Source of the DNA: Polymyxa betae A26-41
Taxonomy: Eukaryota > Protista > Endomyxa: Phytomyxea
Assembly (NCBI GenBank): GCA_003693705.1
Contig: RBZT01000313.1
Span: 62,001-126,000 of the forward strand
DNA: 64,000 bases
Direction: 5' to 3'
Part shown: positions 12,863 through 26,831 of the stretch, one piece after another
How positions within the stretch are numbered: position 1 is the stretch's first letter
Layout of the letters: each line of letters opens with the position of its first letter
The notes under the pieces: model-generated
Seen by the model: only the letters and a program-made list of their open reading frames with translations
Told to the model about the DNA's origin: nothing
Databases searched by the model: none
Position numbers and translations under genes: made by a program

Positions 12863-13401
12863 TTATTTCCTGGATTTTCCCTTGGCGGGAATTGTGTAGG
12901 CCGCTAACATCAGCGAAAACAGACCAGATGTTGCAAATATCAAGGCACTGGATGAACGTGAGGCTGCCTTTGTCAAGCCTTTAGCAGTCGCATCCCAGTA
13001 CTATAGAGAGCATTAAACAAGCGGTGGGCAGCGATAATGTAATCCTTACCAGATGACGCATCCCACCCAGATAATGGTAAACCAACGGAAATCCAATCGA
13101 TAATTTAAACAAAGGGACAGTGATGGGAGCCGATTCCTGGATTCCATGAACAATATCCATTACGCTTCCGCCCGATACCTCAATTAGGCCAGCTCCAGCT
13201 ACGACTACAACGACCAGCTCAGAAGCCAATCTCCACATATCCCGACACCATACCGCCAGACAAGACGACTCCCGTGACACGGTTGGTGATGGACGAGATC
13301 GCCGCCAACGGGAACTTGTAGATGGTGACATGTGGCGAGATTGGCCGGGCATGCGACAGCGCCCTGGTCTGCAATAGATGCAGGGATCGACGAAGAAACA
13401 T
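12863..13401 (-). CDS. SDHC: Succinate dehydrogenase cytochrome b560 subunit (Sdh3); 3 exons
   Basis: RPISPHVTIYKFPLAAISSITNRVTG and YHYLGGMRHL|YWD motifs, preceded by a short mitochondrial presequence MFLRRSLHLLQTRALS. Confidence 0.93.
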
Positions 13402-13608
13402 CGCTCAAAACGAAATCTAAATGGAGACTGCTATAGAAGCTGCCTTATGTGCGCTGACTATAGACGGCTTACGTTACGTGACGCAGTCGGCTCCAATGCT
13501 CTCTCATCTCGACTTGTCTAATGAGACAGGTCTCCAGTGTAAATAAATAAATGTAACGTGATTAAGGGAGTATTACAGTACAAGAGGCTGCTTCGAATCT
13601 CGTTTGCT

Positions 13609-16059
13609 TTATTGGCGAAGCTTTAAGAAAAACTGCTTAAAGTATCGTGCTTCGCTGGTCACAGTCCGGTTCAGGATCTCGGGGTCGGCGCCTGGTGGTA
13701 AGTTCACCACCGTCTTGATACTGGCTCCAGCCTCCTCGATCGCGTCCAGAAACTGGATGATCTCGTGAAAGAAGTCGTCGTTGAACAGCATCATGTGTTT
13801 GGATAGGTTGTCAGCCAATGCTAATAGGCATCGTTTTGTGTAGAACCAGGTATCCGGGCTCAATTTTCGGTTGAATGGTTCTAGCAAAAGATTCAGCCAA
13901 GTTTTTCTGAATGTAGTCATATTTGTACCTAAACTCTTCATGATTCGTGACATTCCAAACTTATAGTTGAGTTTCGAGCAATACAGTGTGCCGATAACGA
14001 GGTTAACAATGCATAAGTGATAAAGCTGGGCTGGATTCCCTTCACTATCGAACTCCATCAGATCCTCTTCCTTCTCGATCTGAAACCTCATTATTATAAT
14101 GCTACACATATTCGCCAGATAATTACCTGATTCATAAGTTCCTGAGCAACATCGTTCTGCGAGGTCATGATGTACGAGACACAAAGATTTGCAAGCACCA
14201 TTGCAGTCACATCTATCTATTCTTAGAATGCAGAATACAGAAAACCAAGGAGTCCTACCAAGAATGCTGTTGGCAGCCTGCTTCTTCACAATCGGTTCAT
14301 AATATCTAATGGCTTCCTTGAACTTATTCTCTTGCATAAAAAACGTATGTGCGACATTCAGTCTCCAGACATCATGATCGCTGCAGAATTCAGCCGATTG
14401 CTTGAAAATGGCTTCAACAGCAGCATAATTCTGCCGATCCCAATAAATCCTGGCCTGTGACAGTAGGACGGGAATATATTGCTCCAATGCTTGATCGTAA
14501 TCTTTCAGTGACGCTTTAATCATCTCATTATCATGAGCTACCCGGCCGTCTTGAATGCTTTTCGTTAACTTCCTTAACTGGTCTATATGCTTGGCTGAGA
14601 GCAAATCGAACTTTCTGAATGCTTCTTCGGGGGATGATTGCACCAGTATGGTTGCCTCTGGATTCTCATTTAGATCCCAACATAATCATTACCCGGGCAG
14701 TTCTCGTACCCAGATGCTCATACAGCTCTTGACTCAAATGGGTTTCTCGTAGATGTTGATTAGCGGCAAGCAGGTCACCAGCCAGGTCGAAATATCCCAA
14801 TTTGCAATACAGCAGCAACAGATTCCCGAAAGTTTCCGGCGGAAACGTACTTTGCCCTGATCGTTAAATTAGCTGCTGAGCACGATGGCAAAGAATCACT
14901 CCAACCAAGAAGGAAATTGAGCTTCTTCAAGCCATTATTGGGATCGATATTCATATTAACAAGTGCTTGGTTATGAAGAGTTACAGGATCCAGTTCATCT
15001 TCTGCTCTTGGTGGCATATCGAGCAATGCTTCACGAGCGGCTTCCATATTGTTCAGCTGATATTCAGTGGCAGACTTCAGATTGAATGCTTCGACCAGCA
15101 TGCTCTCTCGTAACACCTGCACATAATCAGCCACGAATTCAAACTCGGAGCGACTTTCTGTGAAGACCTGGCTGTTGCCAACACTTCTGACTTCCACACC
15201 ATCACCAGCGCTGCCAACACTAAGCTCAGGATGTTCGTGAATCCCACGCTCAATGATATCAGCGACATGTTTTAATGCCTGCCCATACTGTCCTGCAGCG
15301 TTTTATTCAGCTTGGAGCCGACAATTATGGTTCGGATAACCTAATTTGTAATAGCACAGAGCAGTATTATAGGAGATATCTGGAAGATAACCGATCTGAT
15401 TCTTAGCATCCGCTAGACGATTGATTGCTTCTTCAAATCGTTCGTCTTTGAAGGCGATACATGCATCCGTTGTTGCAGCGTCTATAGATGCATTACAATC
15501 AGATTCAATTTTCCATCCTTCATATGACATCTCCCAACCAGGATCCGATCTCGGCAGAGATTCGTCAATCAGAGCTCGACATCCAACCAGGTCGTTCAAT
15601 TCGTATTTGATAGCGGCCTGGACCAGCACGACCTTTCGCGAATGCTGCGGGTCGGTGATTGAATAGCAAACACGCAGGGCCTGGTCGTACATGCCCGCCT
15701 TATAGAGTGATTGGGCGTAATAGACGCGATACTCATCGATGCCTTGATGATGTTTGACAATCTCTTCATACGTATTAGCAGCCGCCCCGAATTCCTAATA
15801 AGTTTAATCTCAGGGGACGCACGCCACGCTATCAGAAGAAGCGATTGATATCGACCTGCATGTAATAATAACAATGACCGAGCAGAGATAGACACGCTCG
15901 TGATTTCGGGTACTCGCGTAGCTCAGCAAGCAGTAGACGAACTGCCTCGGAATACTGGCCATCGCGTATCTTCCCGTATATGAGTGCCGTCTTGTTCTGG
16001 TCACTGACCTTCTTCTGAATGCCGCCATGGGCATTCAATGCCGTCTGCGGCCGAGCCAT
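13609..16059 (-). CDS. IFT70: Intraflagellar transport protein 70 (TTC30/fleer/DYF-1); multi-exon
   Basis: SRACLSLLGHCYYYMQ, AFNLKSA.EY, DMPPRAEDELDPVTLHNQAL, WRLNVAHTFFMQENKFKEA, HLCIVNLVIGTLYC and DTWFYTKRC. Confidence 0.96.
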
Positions 16060-16162
16060 CACAACAAGATGTTATGATACAGGAGCAGTTACACGACATA
16101 CTGGCCCGTCTAGTCACACTGATGAAAATGATGGACGTTGTTTTGAAACAATTTTTATACAG

Positions 16163-17012
16163 CTAGACAGTGGATGAGGAATTCAATCGAATGCGCTTGT
16201 TCGGACCGGAATCTTGCGAACATTGCTCGAGTTTGGAGCGGCAGACAGAGAGGTCGGAGAGGCAGGCGGCCAACGATGCCTTCTCCGAGTTCAAGCGCTC
16301 GGTTAAAAGCGCGATCAGCTGCTGAATTCGACATCGGCGCGCTTCGAGCCGCGTTTCGTGAGCTTGAATAGAGTTGAGTCCCAGCGGGGATGGATTGGAT
16401 AAATAAGGGGCAGCACCAGCAGCGACCAGGACATCTTCGAGCGCCGCGCTGTTGTGCTGTTTTAGCAGGTCGATTAGTGGAACCTTTTCCTGGTTTATTG
16501 GTTCAGGTTTGTTCTCCAATCGAACCAACAGCTTAGTAACCAGCGCTGGATCGAAAATTAACCTTTGCTGCCAGACTTTGAATGTTCGGAGCACACGAGA
16601 TAGCACTGCCGAATCGCAGCGCCTGATGATATGGTCGACCATAAATATGAGACGAGGTTCGAATTGTTGAATGAATGGATTAGATCGGCCCTTGAAGGCA
16701 TGGGCGATATCATTCAAAAGGTAGACGAATGCCAGACATTTCGATGGATCTGCTCGGGTGAACTCTTCCCACCAAACGTCGACAATAACTTGAGCATCGT
16801 CGCCGTGAAATTGGGCATATTTGGAAAGCGCTAAGACAAGATTAGATAGAGATTCTGTGTATTAGAGTAAGAAAAACTCTGTTTGAAGGAGGCCGACGAT
16901 ATTGGAAGAAGAATTTATCAACCGACTCACTCTCAATACTAGTTTGTGATGTTGACAGCTGCCGGAGGTTACCCCTGAACCGTTCTCCAGCTGGATTTAG
17001 CATTTGGGCCAT
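16163..17012 (-). CDS. CTD-interacting domain (CID) protein, RPRD/Rtt103-like
   Basis: Spliced N-terminus LSTSQTSIE|..LSKYAQFH...IVDVWWEEF...LAFVYLLNDIAH and RVLRTFKVWQQRLIF fit the CID helical pattern. C-terminal coiled coil. Confidence 0.75.
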
Positions 17013-17445
17013 AAATCGTCGTCGGCGTTACTCCGGTAGTCTCTGATGGTCAGCGATCAGAGCGGCATGGGTGAGATTTGGGACGACGAACAACAATGGG
17101 AAAGTGCAGAACAGCGATGAACTGTACTGAGTTGGAGGGCGGCGCCAGCACTGAGATAACGGACTCAGTCGGCTCACACTGCGTTACCCAACACCCTCAG
17201 CACTCAGCTCATTGCAATTTCTGCGCTCGTGACGCACTTTTCTATTTAAGTTGTTCAAGACTACCGCAATTTATTGCAAACAGAGATTGCGTCAATTACA
17301 TCTAACTTAGGTATCATGTGGGTTCTGGCTTTTGCTAGAAATCGAATAGTGTAGACGATGTTATTGATGAAGCATCAGGTTGTAATGCAATTTTGATCGG
17401 TTTCTCAATAAACTGATACAACAGTGCGATTGATTTATGAAAAAG

Positions 17446-18770
17446 TTAGGCGGTGGGTCCTTGGTAAGGTGTGAACATGAACTGAGAGAACTGCTTTAGG
17501 CGATCAGGACCTCGAACTTCTTCATCCAACAATGGCATGGTAGTGACATGGAAATCTTCGTAGAGATCAGCGATCTGGTCCCTGTATTTCTTTTGCATAT
17601 GAACACGGGCTGAGCACTTTGAACAGTTCTCATTTGGATCTGGAAACAGAACCTGCAAGTCATCAACGAGTCAGTCCATCAAATCAAACTGGATGAAAAA
17701 AATTTCAAACCTGATTGACGATAATATTGTGAGTATCGATGCCGAATTTCGTTAGCTCCTGGACAAGGCGTTCCGTTTCAAACAGAGACAGGAATTCGGG
17801 AATGCAAACGCAGATGAAGGATGTCAGATCGTCGTTTTTGAACTGAGCGTTAACTTTCTCAATGACCGCTTTCGAAGATTCCAACTTGGACCTAGAGATT
17901 TTAATCAATATTGCAGAAGTTTTCTAAAAAATGTTGTACAATATCGAATCCTGCGAAATACTGGATTGCCCCATCATATTCGAAAGCTGAGAGAATATGC
18001 CCGAGAACCGATCCTTGATCGACACCACCTTGCTTAAAGCCTTTTCTAAAATTGAAGGAAAAGAAAGCAATCGTAGTGTGTGCCCTACCACGAAAATTCA
18101 CCAAGGATCACGAAATTAAAAATATCATAAACAGTCAACTCAAAAAAGAACCCAAAAGACAACGAACCGGTAGGAGCAGTATCAAATACGATAACACTGT
18201 ACGACATTCCTTGAACTTGTTTCATCAGTTCAGCAAAAGACATGGCTTCATCAATTCCTGGAACAGAAGATACACTGCAAATAGATTATTTGATGTAATT
18301 CGATAAAGTGGAATTTGAAAGCCTACATATCCGATATTAGGCTCAAATTTTGACTATTGATGCCAAGAGCATCATTTTCTTCGAGCTCAATGGTTGGACT
18401 AATCTCCATCGCGAATAAATTGTTAAATCCATTAACTTGTGTAACCTGAATAAATGAAGAACTTTTAGCCCATTACAATCAGATTTCAGGGCATAGCATT
18501 GTAACCTCTTTGGAAAACTGTTGACCAAACGCATCGCTCAAGTTATGGGCAGGATCAGTGGATATAATCAGGACCGATTCCCTCGTTTGAGCTAGCTGAA
18601 CCGCTAAGGCACAGGAGCTAGTCGTCTTGCCGACGCCGCCTTTGCCTCCGACAAAGATCCATTTCAGTGTATCCTTAAGAACAACGGTCAATAATGAAGG
18701 CTCTCAAGACAGACTGGATGACAACCTGTTCGATGATATTCCTCAACGAAGGATGTAGCGGCTCGTCCAT
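17446..18770 (-). CDS. GET3: Tail-anchored protein insertion ATPase GET3/ASNA1; multi-exon
   Basis: First exon [15 protein letters not shown] is spliced to [18 protein letters not shown]. Also [32 protein letters not shown], and the CSKC zinc motif. Confidence 0.96.
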
Positions 18771-19052
18771 GACCGATATTCAAGGGTGAAATTGTGGCGG
18801 ACTCCGAATATCCTTTCATATTTGTATACAAGAATCGATTCTCCTACAGGTTTTCGAACGTTCCGATTTGAAAACTTCCACGACAAGCAAGCAGGAAGGA
18901 AGCGTTCGACAAGAAATATAAGATAATGGTTGTTATATGCCTGGGTCGATGTTGCTGGTTTCGATAGCGGATAGTTTATAGTCACATACACAAATGAGAA
19001 TTGCCTCACGAACTAACATTTTATTCTGGATTATAAATTGATGTTTACAGAC

Positions 19053-22000
19053 TTATCTCGGGCTCTGCAGAACAGGTTTTTCAGATTTTCCACGAGCGAA
19101 GGTATTAAAGATTTCTTCCAGCGAAGTTTGGGATACGGAATAGTATTCGATGCGGTCGATGGATTCTAACCTTTCAAATAGCTCTGAGAGAAATAGGTTT
19201 TGCTCTGGAATCTGTAACCGGAAAATCAGACCTCCCAAGCGTTGCTTTATTGCTACAAACATACCTCAAATACCACATGCTGTCCATGCTTCGACTTAAG
19301 TTTAACATTCGACCATCGCTTTCTCAGAATGGCGTCAATTGCATCGCATACTTTCTCATTAGCCCACCAGGCTGCAAAATCCTAAGAAAAACGTTGAGGA
19401 TAAGATAGTAACAGATTAATTGATAATACCTCCCGAGTTACAGATTGCCTTCCAGATAAACGACCACCAAGGGAAGCGGATAGGAATCTTTCCGCCTTCA
19501 AAGGATCTTCTAAAGCCTCGCAAACTTTTTGCAGATTTTCTGAGGTAATCTCAAAAGGATCAATAGATCGAGCTATAGCGTTAATGGCCTCGGAATCTGG
19601 GATCCTGCTCCGGATTTCGACTGTGTAGCCTCTTCCGAATCTGCACTTCAATTTAGGGAGAAAGTACACAGAGATATGTAAGCAGACTTAGATTTTAAAT
19701 GTTGAACAGAACCAAGGCATTGAAGTTGGCCATTGATTAGAATGGCAACCCTTGAGCACAGCGCTTCGCATTCTTCCATTGAGTGCTGCACAGCAATGTA
19801 AAGATGCAGGATATATTGGCAAGCATAACCCTACTGTAGTTAACACCAACGCAGCATTCGTTGCCTTCACAATATTGGACACAACTCGCCATAAGAACCT
19901 TTTGGCATGTGGGTCCATTCCAGTAGATGGTTCGTCTTTGTGACATTCAATTAACCGTTTCTGCAAACTTTATGTGCCAAACCCAGAAAAATAACGCGAG
20001 GATTCCCAATCATTGCAATAGCAGCTGAAAGCTTCCGCTTGTTTCCTCCAGATAAGTATTCAGATGGAACATGTCGATACATGCCAAGCTGCATGGCATC
20101 GATCATAGCAGGCACGGCAGAAAGAGGAATCCCTCTTATCATGCAGTACATTCTATTAATTGTCAGCGACACAGTTCAGACCTATCCATATCCGTTACCG
20201 CAGGTGTTCATCTACTGTTAACAGATCAAACAGTGCATCGAATTGCGGGCAATAGCCAGAATGTTTCCTAAGAGAAATTAATCAATTGTGCAATGAAACT
20301 TACAGAATGAAACCTTGCAGAATATACATCTTTCACGATGTCATACCCATCGATAAAAGCGGTACCAGAAGAGGGTCTCTGAAATCCAGTGACACACTTC
20401 AGAGTTGTTGTCTTCCCGGCACCGTTTACACCGAGATAGCCAAAACATTCACCGGCACGAACTCCAAGCCACAATTCCTCCAGTGCCGTTTTCCCGTTGC
20501 TGTAAGTTTTCGACAGACCATGAATTTCCAAAGGATCACGGGACTGTCGCACCCTCTGAACTCGCTCCCGCTCTCGCTTGACATCCTGAACACAAAGCTA
20601 AGCGACAAGCGCATCTCTGGCATGAGACGAAACTAACAATATCTTCAAGTTCATACTCAGGGCGACTTGATCCACTAAATAGCGATAATGCTGTTTTCCA
20701 GTGTTTTTTCACTTTTCGGCGAATCTTTGATCCTAAACAAATAAGCCAATGGCATGATACGCTGTGCATGACATACGAGTCGATTCCTCATTGGCTGCTT
20801 TCGGCTGGGTCTCTCTAAAGGCAACCGCAATAAAAGAAACAATCAGCAGTAATCCTGTTAATGATCAACCAAAATCTGGACAGGACGCAAGTCCGCACCG
20901 AAATAAAGGAAATTTAAAGAGAGCAGTCTGAATCCGTTTCTCATCGTTCCAGCTTGGCTACATTCTTGCTTACTAATGCGCTGAATGCAGACTTGAATGG
21001 TCTGCCATACTGATTAAAAGGATGCATAATATGAGACGTTGACTATTACGTTGGTTTGCAAACGTAAGAGACCATCAATTAGATTAAATGCAGGAAGAGC
21101 AAGCAGCACATAGCGGGAATAGGAATACAGTTCAAAAGAGGTCAACGTCATCGAACCTAAGACCTTGCTAAGCCGATAGGATGGCATGTTCAAGCGTAAG
21201 ACCTGGTATAGGGACAGCAAAGGCTTTCATAATATAGGCAATAATGCCTGCAAACACTTAGGAACAAATGAAGATAATCAATGCCTCCTGACGTGCCTAA
21301 TCCAGCCCCGGTAGCGATATTGAATACAAGCAACATTGCTAATGCATGAGGAGCAGAGCTAAACCGGAATGATAGCCAATATACAGACGGCACCATTGCA
21401 AGTCCATATGCAATAAACAATGCAACGACCACGAAATAAGCGTCATCTGTATCTTTTAAAGGACCCGAGTCTGAATAGCGAATCAAAAAGGTATCATTTA
21501 CCCATTAGCACACAAAACAACTTACAGTACATGATGATAACACAAGCGGCTGATATTGTGACTGCGATGAGAATCCATTAGAAATTACAAGACAGGGTAC
21601 GTTTTCAGACTGACTGAAAATGGTTGAAAAGTCCCAAATCGCGGCACCGGTCCAATATGTTATTTTACGAACGCCGCTCACGAGCTGTTGGAATTTCGTA
21701 TTGTGATGTGACTCTATCTCCATCACAGTGTGAGCGATAATCACTATAAATTACAATTTAAGGCAAATGACAAGGGAATCCGTTGAGATCTATTACTTGA
21801 AGGGCAGAACAAGAAAGCCAGTAGTACAGCCAAGGATTTGATGAAAGCATTAACGGCACCTTGGATTGACGCCAAAAGAGAATTTGGACAGTAGATGTTA
21901 GCATTTTGAATGTCAATCCCTCCGTTGAGGAAGGTATGAACTTGACATGGATATAGCAACGATCTGTAGTCAGTAAAATCGCAGCACACCGACTGCAGTG

Positions 22001-25000
22001 ATTGTTAATTTCGAGACGGTAAAATGAAAGAATTCAAACCGGATTGCATATAAATGGAACATATCGGCAGAAATCCCATCCACGACCGTCCCTTCGACAC
22101 CTTTGGATAGTCCTCATCCAGGTGTATGATAAATGCTGCGGCAACACTTGAACCCCATTTACGAGACAATCCTGGAAAAAGTCAATCGCAGCAGGAATCA
22201 ATTGAGAGTTGTTTACAGATAAATCCCGTGCTGAACAAGACTTCAAGGGATTAAAGGCATCAGCAGGGTTGCATGTTGGAGGACCAGGCACAGGACGGAC
22301 ATACTCTCCTTTTTCAACAAATTGTACGATCTGTCGTACAGAATGAGTTTTCAGATAAAAACAGAATGAGGCCTACTTCAATTTCAGGGAGAACAATCGG
22401 TAGAAATAAGAAAGCAATTGGAAGTAACACAAGAAGACAAAATTGACGTCGGTCCCGCTTGGCAAGCCACCATCGTTTTAAAACCATCGTCCAAAGAGCA
22501 GCACCAAATATTTCCTGGTTCTTATGCAAACTACTCTGCTTTGGTTCTACAATATCATCGACGGCCGCGTTACCCTGAATCAATTGATCGTCGCTGTCAA
22601 AGTCAACTTCAAGGAGGACATTTTGGAGAACATCTGTGGATGTTAAAATATGGGATCCAGAATCTTGTCGTTTATGAGCCACAGCAAGAAATACCTATAA
22701 AGAATTGAATAACCGGTCATACACAAGTATAGCAAAACCAACATCCTCAAGAGAGCAATTCGATATTCCAAACTCGACGAGTTTTCCGAATGCTTCCAGT
22801 TGCTGAAATAGCTGAGGGAATCGAGCTGTGTTATGGGGAGGAAGTTGGAAGGTAGCTTCATTTGCGCCGAATGATATGCAAGTGGCGTCCGGAACCTAAC
22901 AAAAATAAGTAAACTGGGAATTACAGGAAGAAAACGCTCAACAGTTGCATTCAGCAGTTTTTTAACTCGCTTTAACAGTGATTCAGAATTGTCGACGTCT
23001 TTGCTCACGCTAAGGCTGATCGTATAGCCGTTTCCGAATTGCTGTTTCAAGAATAATGATGTACCATAGCAGCATAACTTGCCATCATTAACAATGGCGA
23101 TTCGATCCCCTATTGAAAAAATGAAGAACAATTCGAAGCTTCAAAAGAGCTGACCAAGAACTTCGGCCTCGTCCATAAAATGCTGCAAAGTGAATAAGCA
23201 ATCGTGCTAGCAGATACCAACATGACATACAGTTGTCAGAATAATGACACGATCTTTCTTGTTTTTGAGCAAAACCTCCCAGGTAAATCGTCGACTAAAT
23301 GGATCCATCCCTAAGACAAAAATGGGTTGAACATTCTAGACCATCGATTTTCTTGTCGGTACCAGATGTTGGTTCATCAAGAAACACTACTTGAGATCTT
23401 CCGATCTGCAACATTGTCAGAACCTTAAAAATTTGGCTTTTAAAACAATGCTTACAAATGCAATGGCAACACAGAGTTTTCGTTTCTGGCCTCCAGATAA
23501 ATTTTCAACTTTCTCGTGTATTTTGTCTGACAATCCTAGCTCAGCCAAGGATTCAGCAATGGTTGGTTTCATCTTCCTGAATGGAACGCCCTTAAGTGCT
23601 GCGAATAACCCTAACATTGAAATAAGTAGTGATATTCAAAAACCAGCATTGGTATATACAAAGGTTTTCGTAGCATGTCATATCTTCAAAAAGGATATCG
23701 TGCTGCGGGCACATACCCAACGATCTCCTAATAGTTGGCATGTCTCTTTGAATGGAATGTCCAAAGACCTGAACGCGATAAGACAACATACCATTTTTAC
23801 TGGAAATTACCTTTGCGTCACCAGAAGTAGGTTGCATTAAACCACAAAGGATCCTTATCAAGGTCGTCTTTTTAGATAAGATCAGCAGGTGCCCGAGAGC
23901 AAGTCTGATACATTACCTTGCCAGCGCCATTATGGCCAAGTAAACTGGTAATTTGACCCTAATCGAAGTCAACAGAAAGCTAAAATTTTCTAACTAAGCT
24001 ACCTCGTATAGCGTGAGATTCAAACGATCTAGGGCAACTTTCCTTTTTTTCATTCCAGGAGTTTTGAACTTCCGACATAAGTTGATGATGCGAATACACC
24101 TAAGCAAAGTCAAACAAAATGAACCCAGATTGACGATAGTAACTTGTTCGCTTTGGCAAGTTCGAGATTATCGGCTGTGACAGGCTCAAGAACTGCTTCG
24201 TCATCTTCATTAAAAGAACCAGTAATCTCTTCATTTTCTGACTATATCATGTTATGCAGGAGTTTTAGAAAGAGCGAAATTAACATACAGTTTCAACAGC
24301 CCGAGTCGGTTCACCCAGCCAGAAGTTTTTATGGAACGGAAAGTGCCAAGGATATCGAATACCAACTTTTTTTGGCAGAATCTTATCGAGATACCATCCC
24401 TATCAACAGAGGATTAATCAGTACAAAGATTAAAACATTTGAACAAAGCTCGTACAACGACAGCATATAAGACCGCATCTAAGAACATGATGGCGGTCAT
24501 ACCCTCCATTGACATGCTAAGACCTCGATTCTTATAGGACAAGTACCCCATTCGAAAACCGGATCCATACGATGTGTTTGCTAACGCATTTGAGATTCCA
24601 AGACCGAGACAAGCAGGAGCCACAAGGCACATCAATCCTAATTTCACATCAAGTTACGTTTGCGATACCAGAATAAGCCAACCTTGCTGCACTTCGCTAT
24701 CTGGCATAAAGTAAATCAGAAAGCTGGATACGAAGGTAACCAAAAGAATGAAGATAACGGCGGGCCTCGTATTTTCGAAAAAGGCTGTAAAAGCCAAACA
24801 GAACGAGACCATGGCAGCGCAAAACGAAGAGAAGAACATAATGAGGAGCGATAATCGAAAGTTTGGAAAAATCAATCCGAAATGGGTGATGATGGCAGTA
24901 AGAATACATAACGGAAGAAACGACACGAGATACGATAGACACCTGAAATCGTGTGCTCTAAGGATCCGCATTGCATTTAGGTCAAAATACAGACCATGAC

Positions 25001-25819
25001 AGCTGTAGCACGCTGTCGTACAGCCCCGTAACTTTCATCGCTTCAAGAATCAACAATTCTTTCTCTTGGACAATCGAAAGAACAACTTGTGCCAATGGGT
25101 ATGTAAACGCGATAATAAAAAGTAACCCAGCAACGACGCGAAGATTCTCAATTATTGTTGCACGAAGGGCATCAGGTCCTGTAAACGTGAACGACCATGT
25201 AAGTTGGGTACTGGGAATCGTGACTTCGTATGAGCTTAATATTAAGTCAGGTTTCCCATGATCTATGAAAAAAATACACATACTTAGAGGACTCTCCAGT
25301 AAGCTGAAGAAGGGCAATCACAATGCCAAAAAGAACCATGGCAATGGAAACGCCTTTGAATTGCCGACCCCATCGATGTTTAGCCATTCTCCTTGACCGA
25401 ATACTCAGATGCGGAAATGTCGCTGGAACAGAGCGAGCAGTACCAGTTCTTAACAATGAGACCCCAGAGCTGCCGGACCCAAACTTGTGAGTTCTCAGAT
25501 CTGGAAACGTATCTAAGGCCAAACAGACCGCCGACAAGAAACAAAGCCAGAATTATGCCAGTGACATCTGCAGCATGTACTCGAGGGCATTGATATGAAT
25601 CCCAAACCACTTCATCAAGCATCTGTTTACATTCATAGGATTTCGGGTTATCTGTTTGCAATATTATGGCTTCCAATAATAAAGAAAACCGCCATACAGA
25701 CCCGAAGCTTGGCAACTACGTGCAATTGAGACCGCGTTACAACATCCCTTGGATGGATTGGATGGATCAGATGAGCATTGAATTTCAACCAGGTCCGGAG
25801 ACTGCATAGACATTGTCAT
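19053..25819 (-). CDS. ABCA-subfamily full transporter (TMD-NBD-TMD-NBD); many exons; 5' start uncertain
   Basis: Two NBDs: [23 protein letters not shown] and [29 protein letters not shown] hallmarks [39 protein letters not shown] and [13 protein letters not shown]. Confidence 0.93.
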
Positions 25820-26831
25820 GATAACCCGCTACAGAGAAACGAGATTTCTAAATATTACCAGATCAAGAGCAGAGGCAAAAGGCGAGATTGGCTCCATTTC
25901 CCCCTATGAAAATTTCAAAAACTTTTGAATAAAATACTCACAACCTGACGGTTTCTATAAATGACATTGGCGAGCTTTCCAAAATTTTAGGGAGGAACAG
26001 TCCCGATCGCACAACACAATCCCGATAAAAACCATCTTCAAACAGCATCTGATTTATGCAATCTCGAATCTGATCCGATTTGTCAGAATTGAAAACGCTT
26101 GTGGTCGAACGCCAAGAACCTTTTGAGAATCGCTTTGTGTAGCCATTGTGCTACGATCCAAGCCTGACTATCTGCAGGTCCTGGTCTTCTGTATGATACA
26201 AACCAGATTTGGTTATGAGCTGGAATAGGTAGGCAGCTTTAGGCTGAACAGGTGTTAACACGGTCTCGACGGACGGAGGCCACCCTCTGTGATGTGATCA
26301 AGCAGTTTGGGTCTTCGGGGTTACCACTTATAATTGGGGATTAGATCATAGTCCATGACGAGGAGCTTCGTGTCTTTGGGCCTGTCCTCAGTTCTGCGTT
26401 CTAGGTTGTCGATTGCCAGGAGCCCTTAGCTTGAATCGTCTTTGTGTCTTTCGAAGTCGCAGCAAGTCTCGTGCTGTGTCTAGCATTTGGCGAATAGTTG
26501 AGGAAATTTTAGATCATTATGATCATAATCATCTCCATACAGTTAAAACGGATGCGTTATGACAGAAATGATGGACTGCTCTGAAATTGGAATCGGAGTA
26601 CAAGTATTTATTTCAGCTATCCTTGTGCTACGGGCGCACCTGTTGACAAAACATCAGCCAACTAGACAGATATAATCTACTCAGGTGTGTTTTCTGGCAC
26701 CTAGCTTTAGCTTTTGGCTGAACTTCTAAAACGATTAATAAAGAGGATTCGGAATTGGTATGTAAGTTCCTGTGAACTGTAAATAACTGTTTATTTAGCT
26801 AGATTGGAATAACTTGAGTTATATTCACTAT

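Noticed and set aside
25850-26800. ~1 kb gap upstream of ABCA that might be a decayed retroelement or extra exons
   Set aside because: The minus-strand frames are interrupted. No gag/pol motif, LTR or consistent exon chain could be identified.
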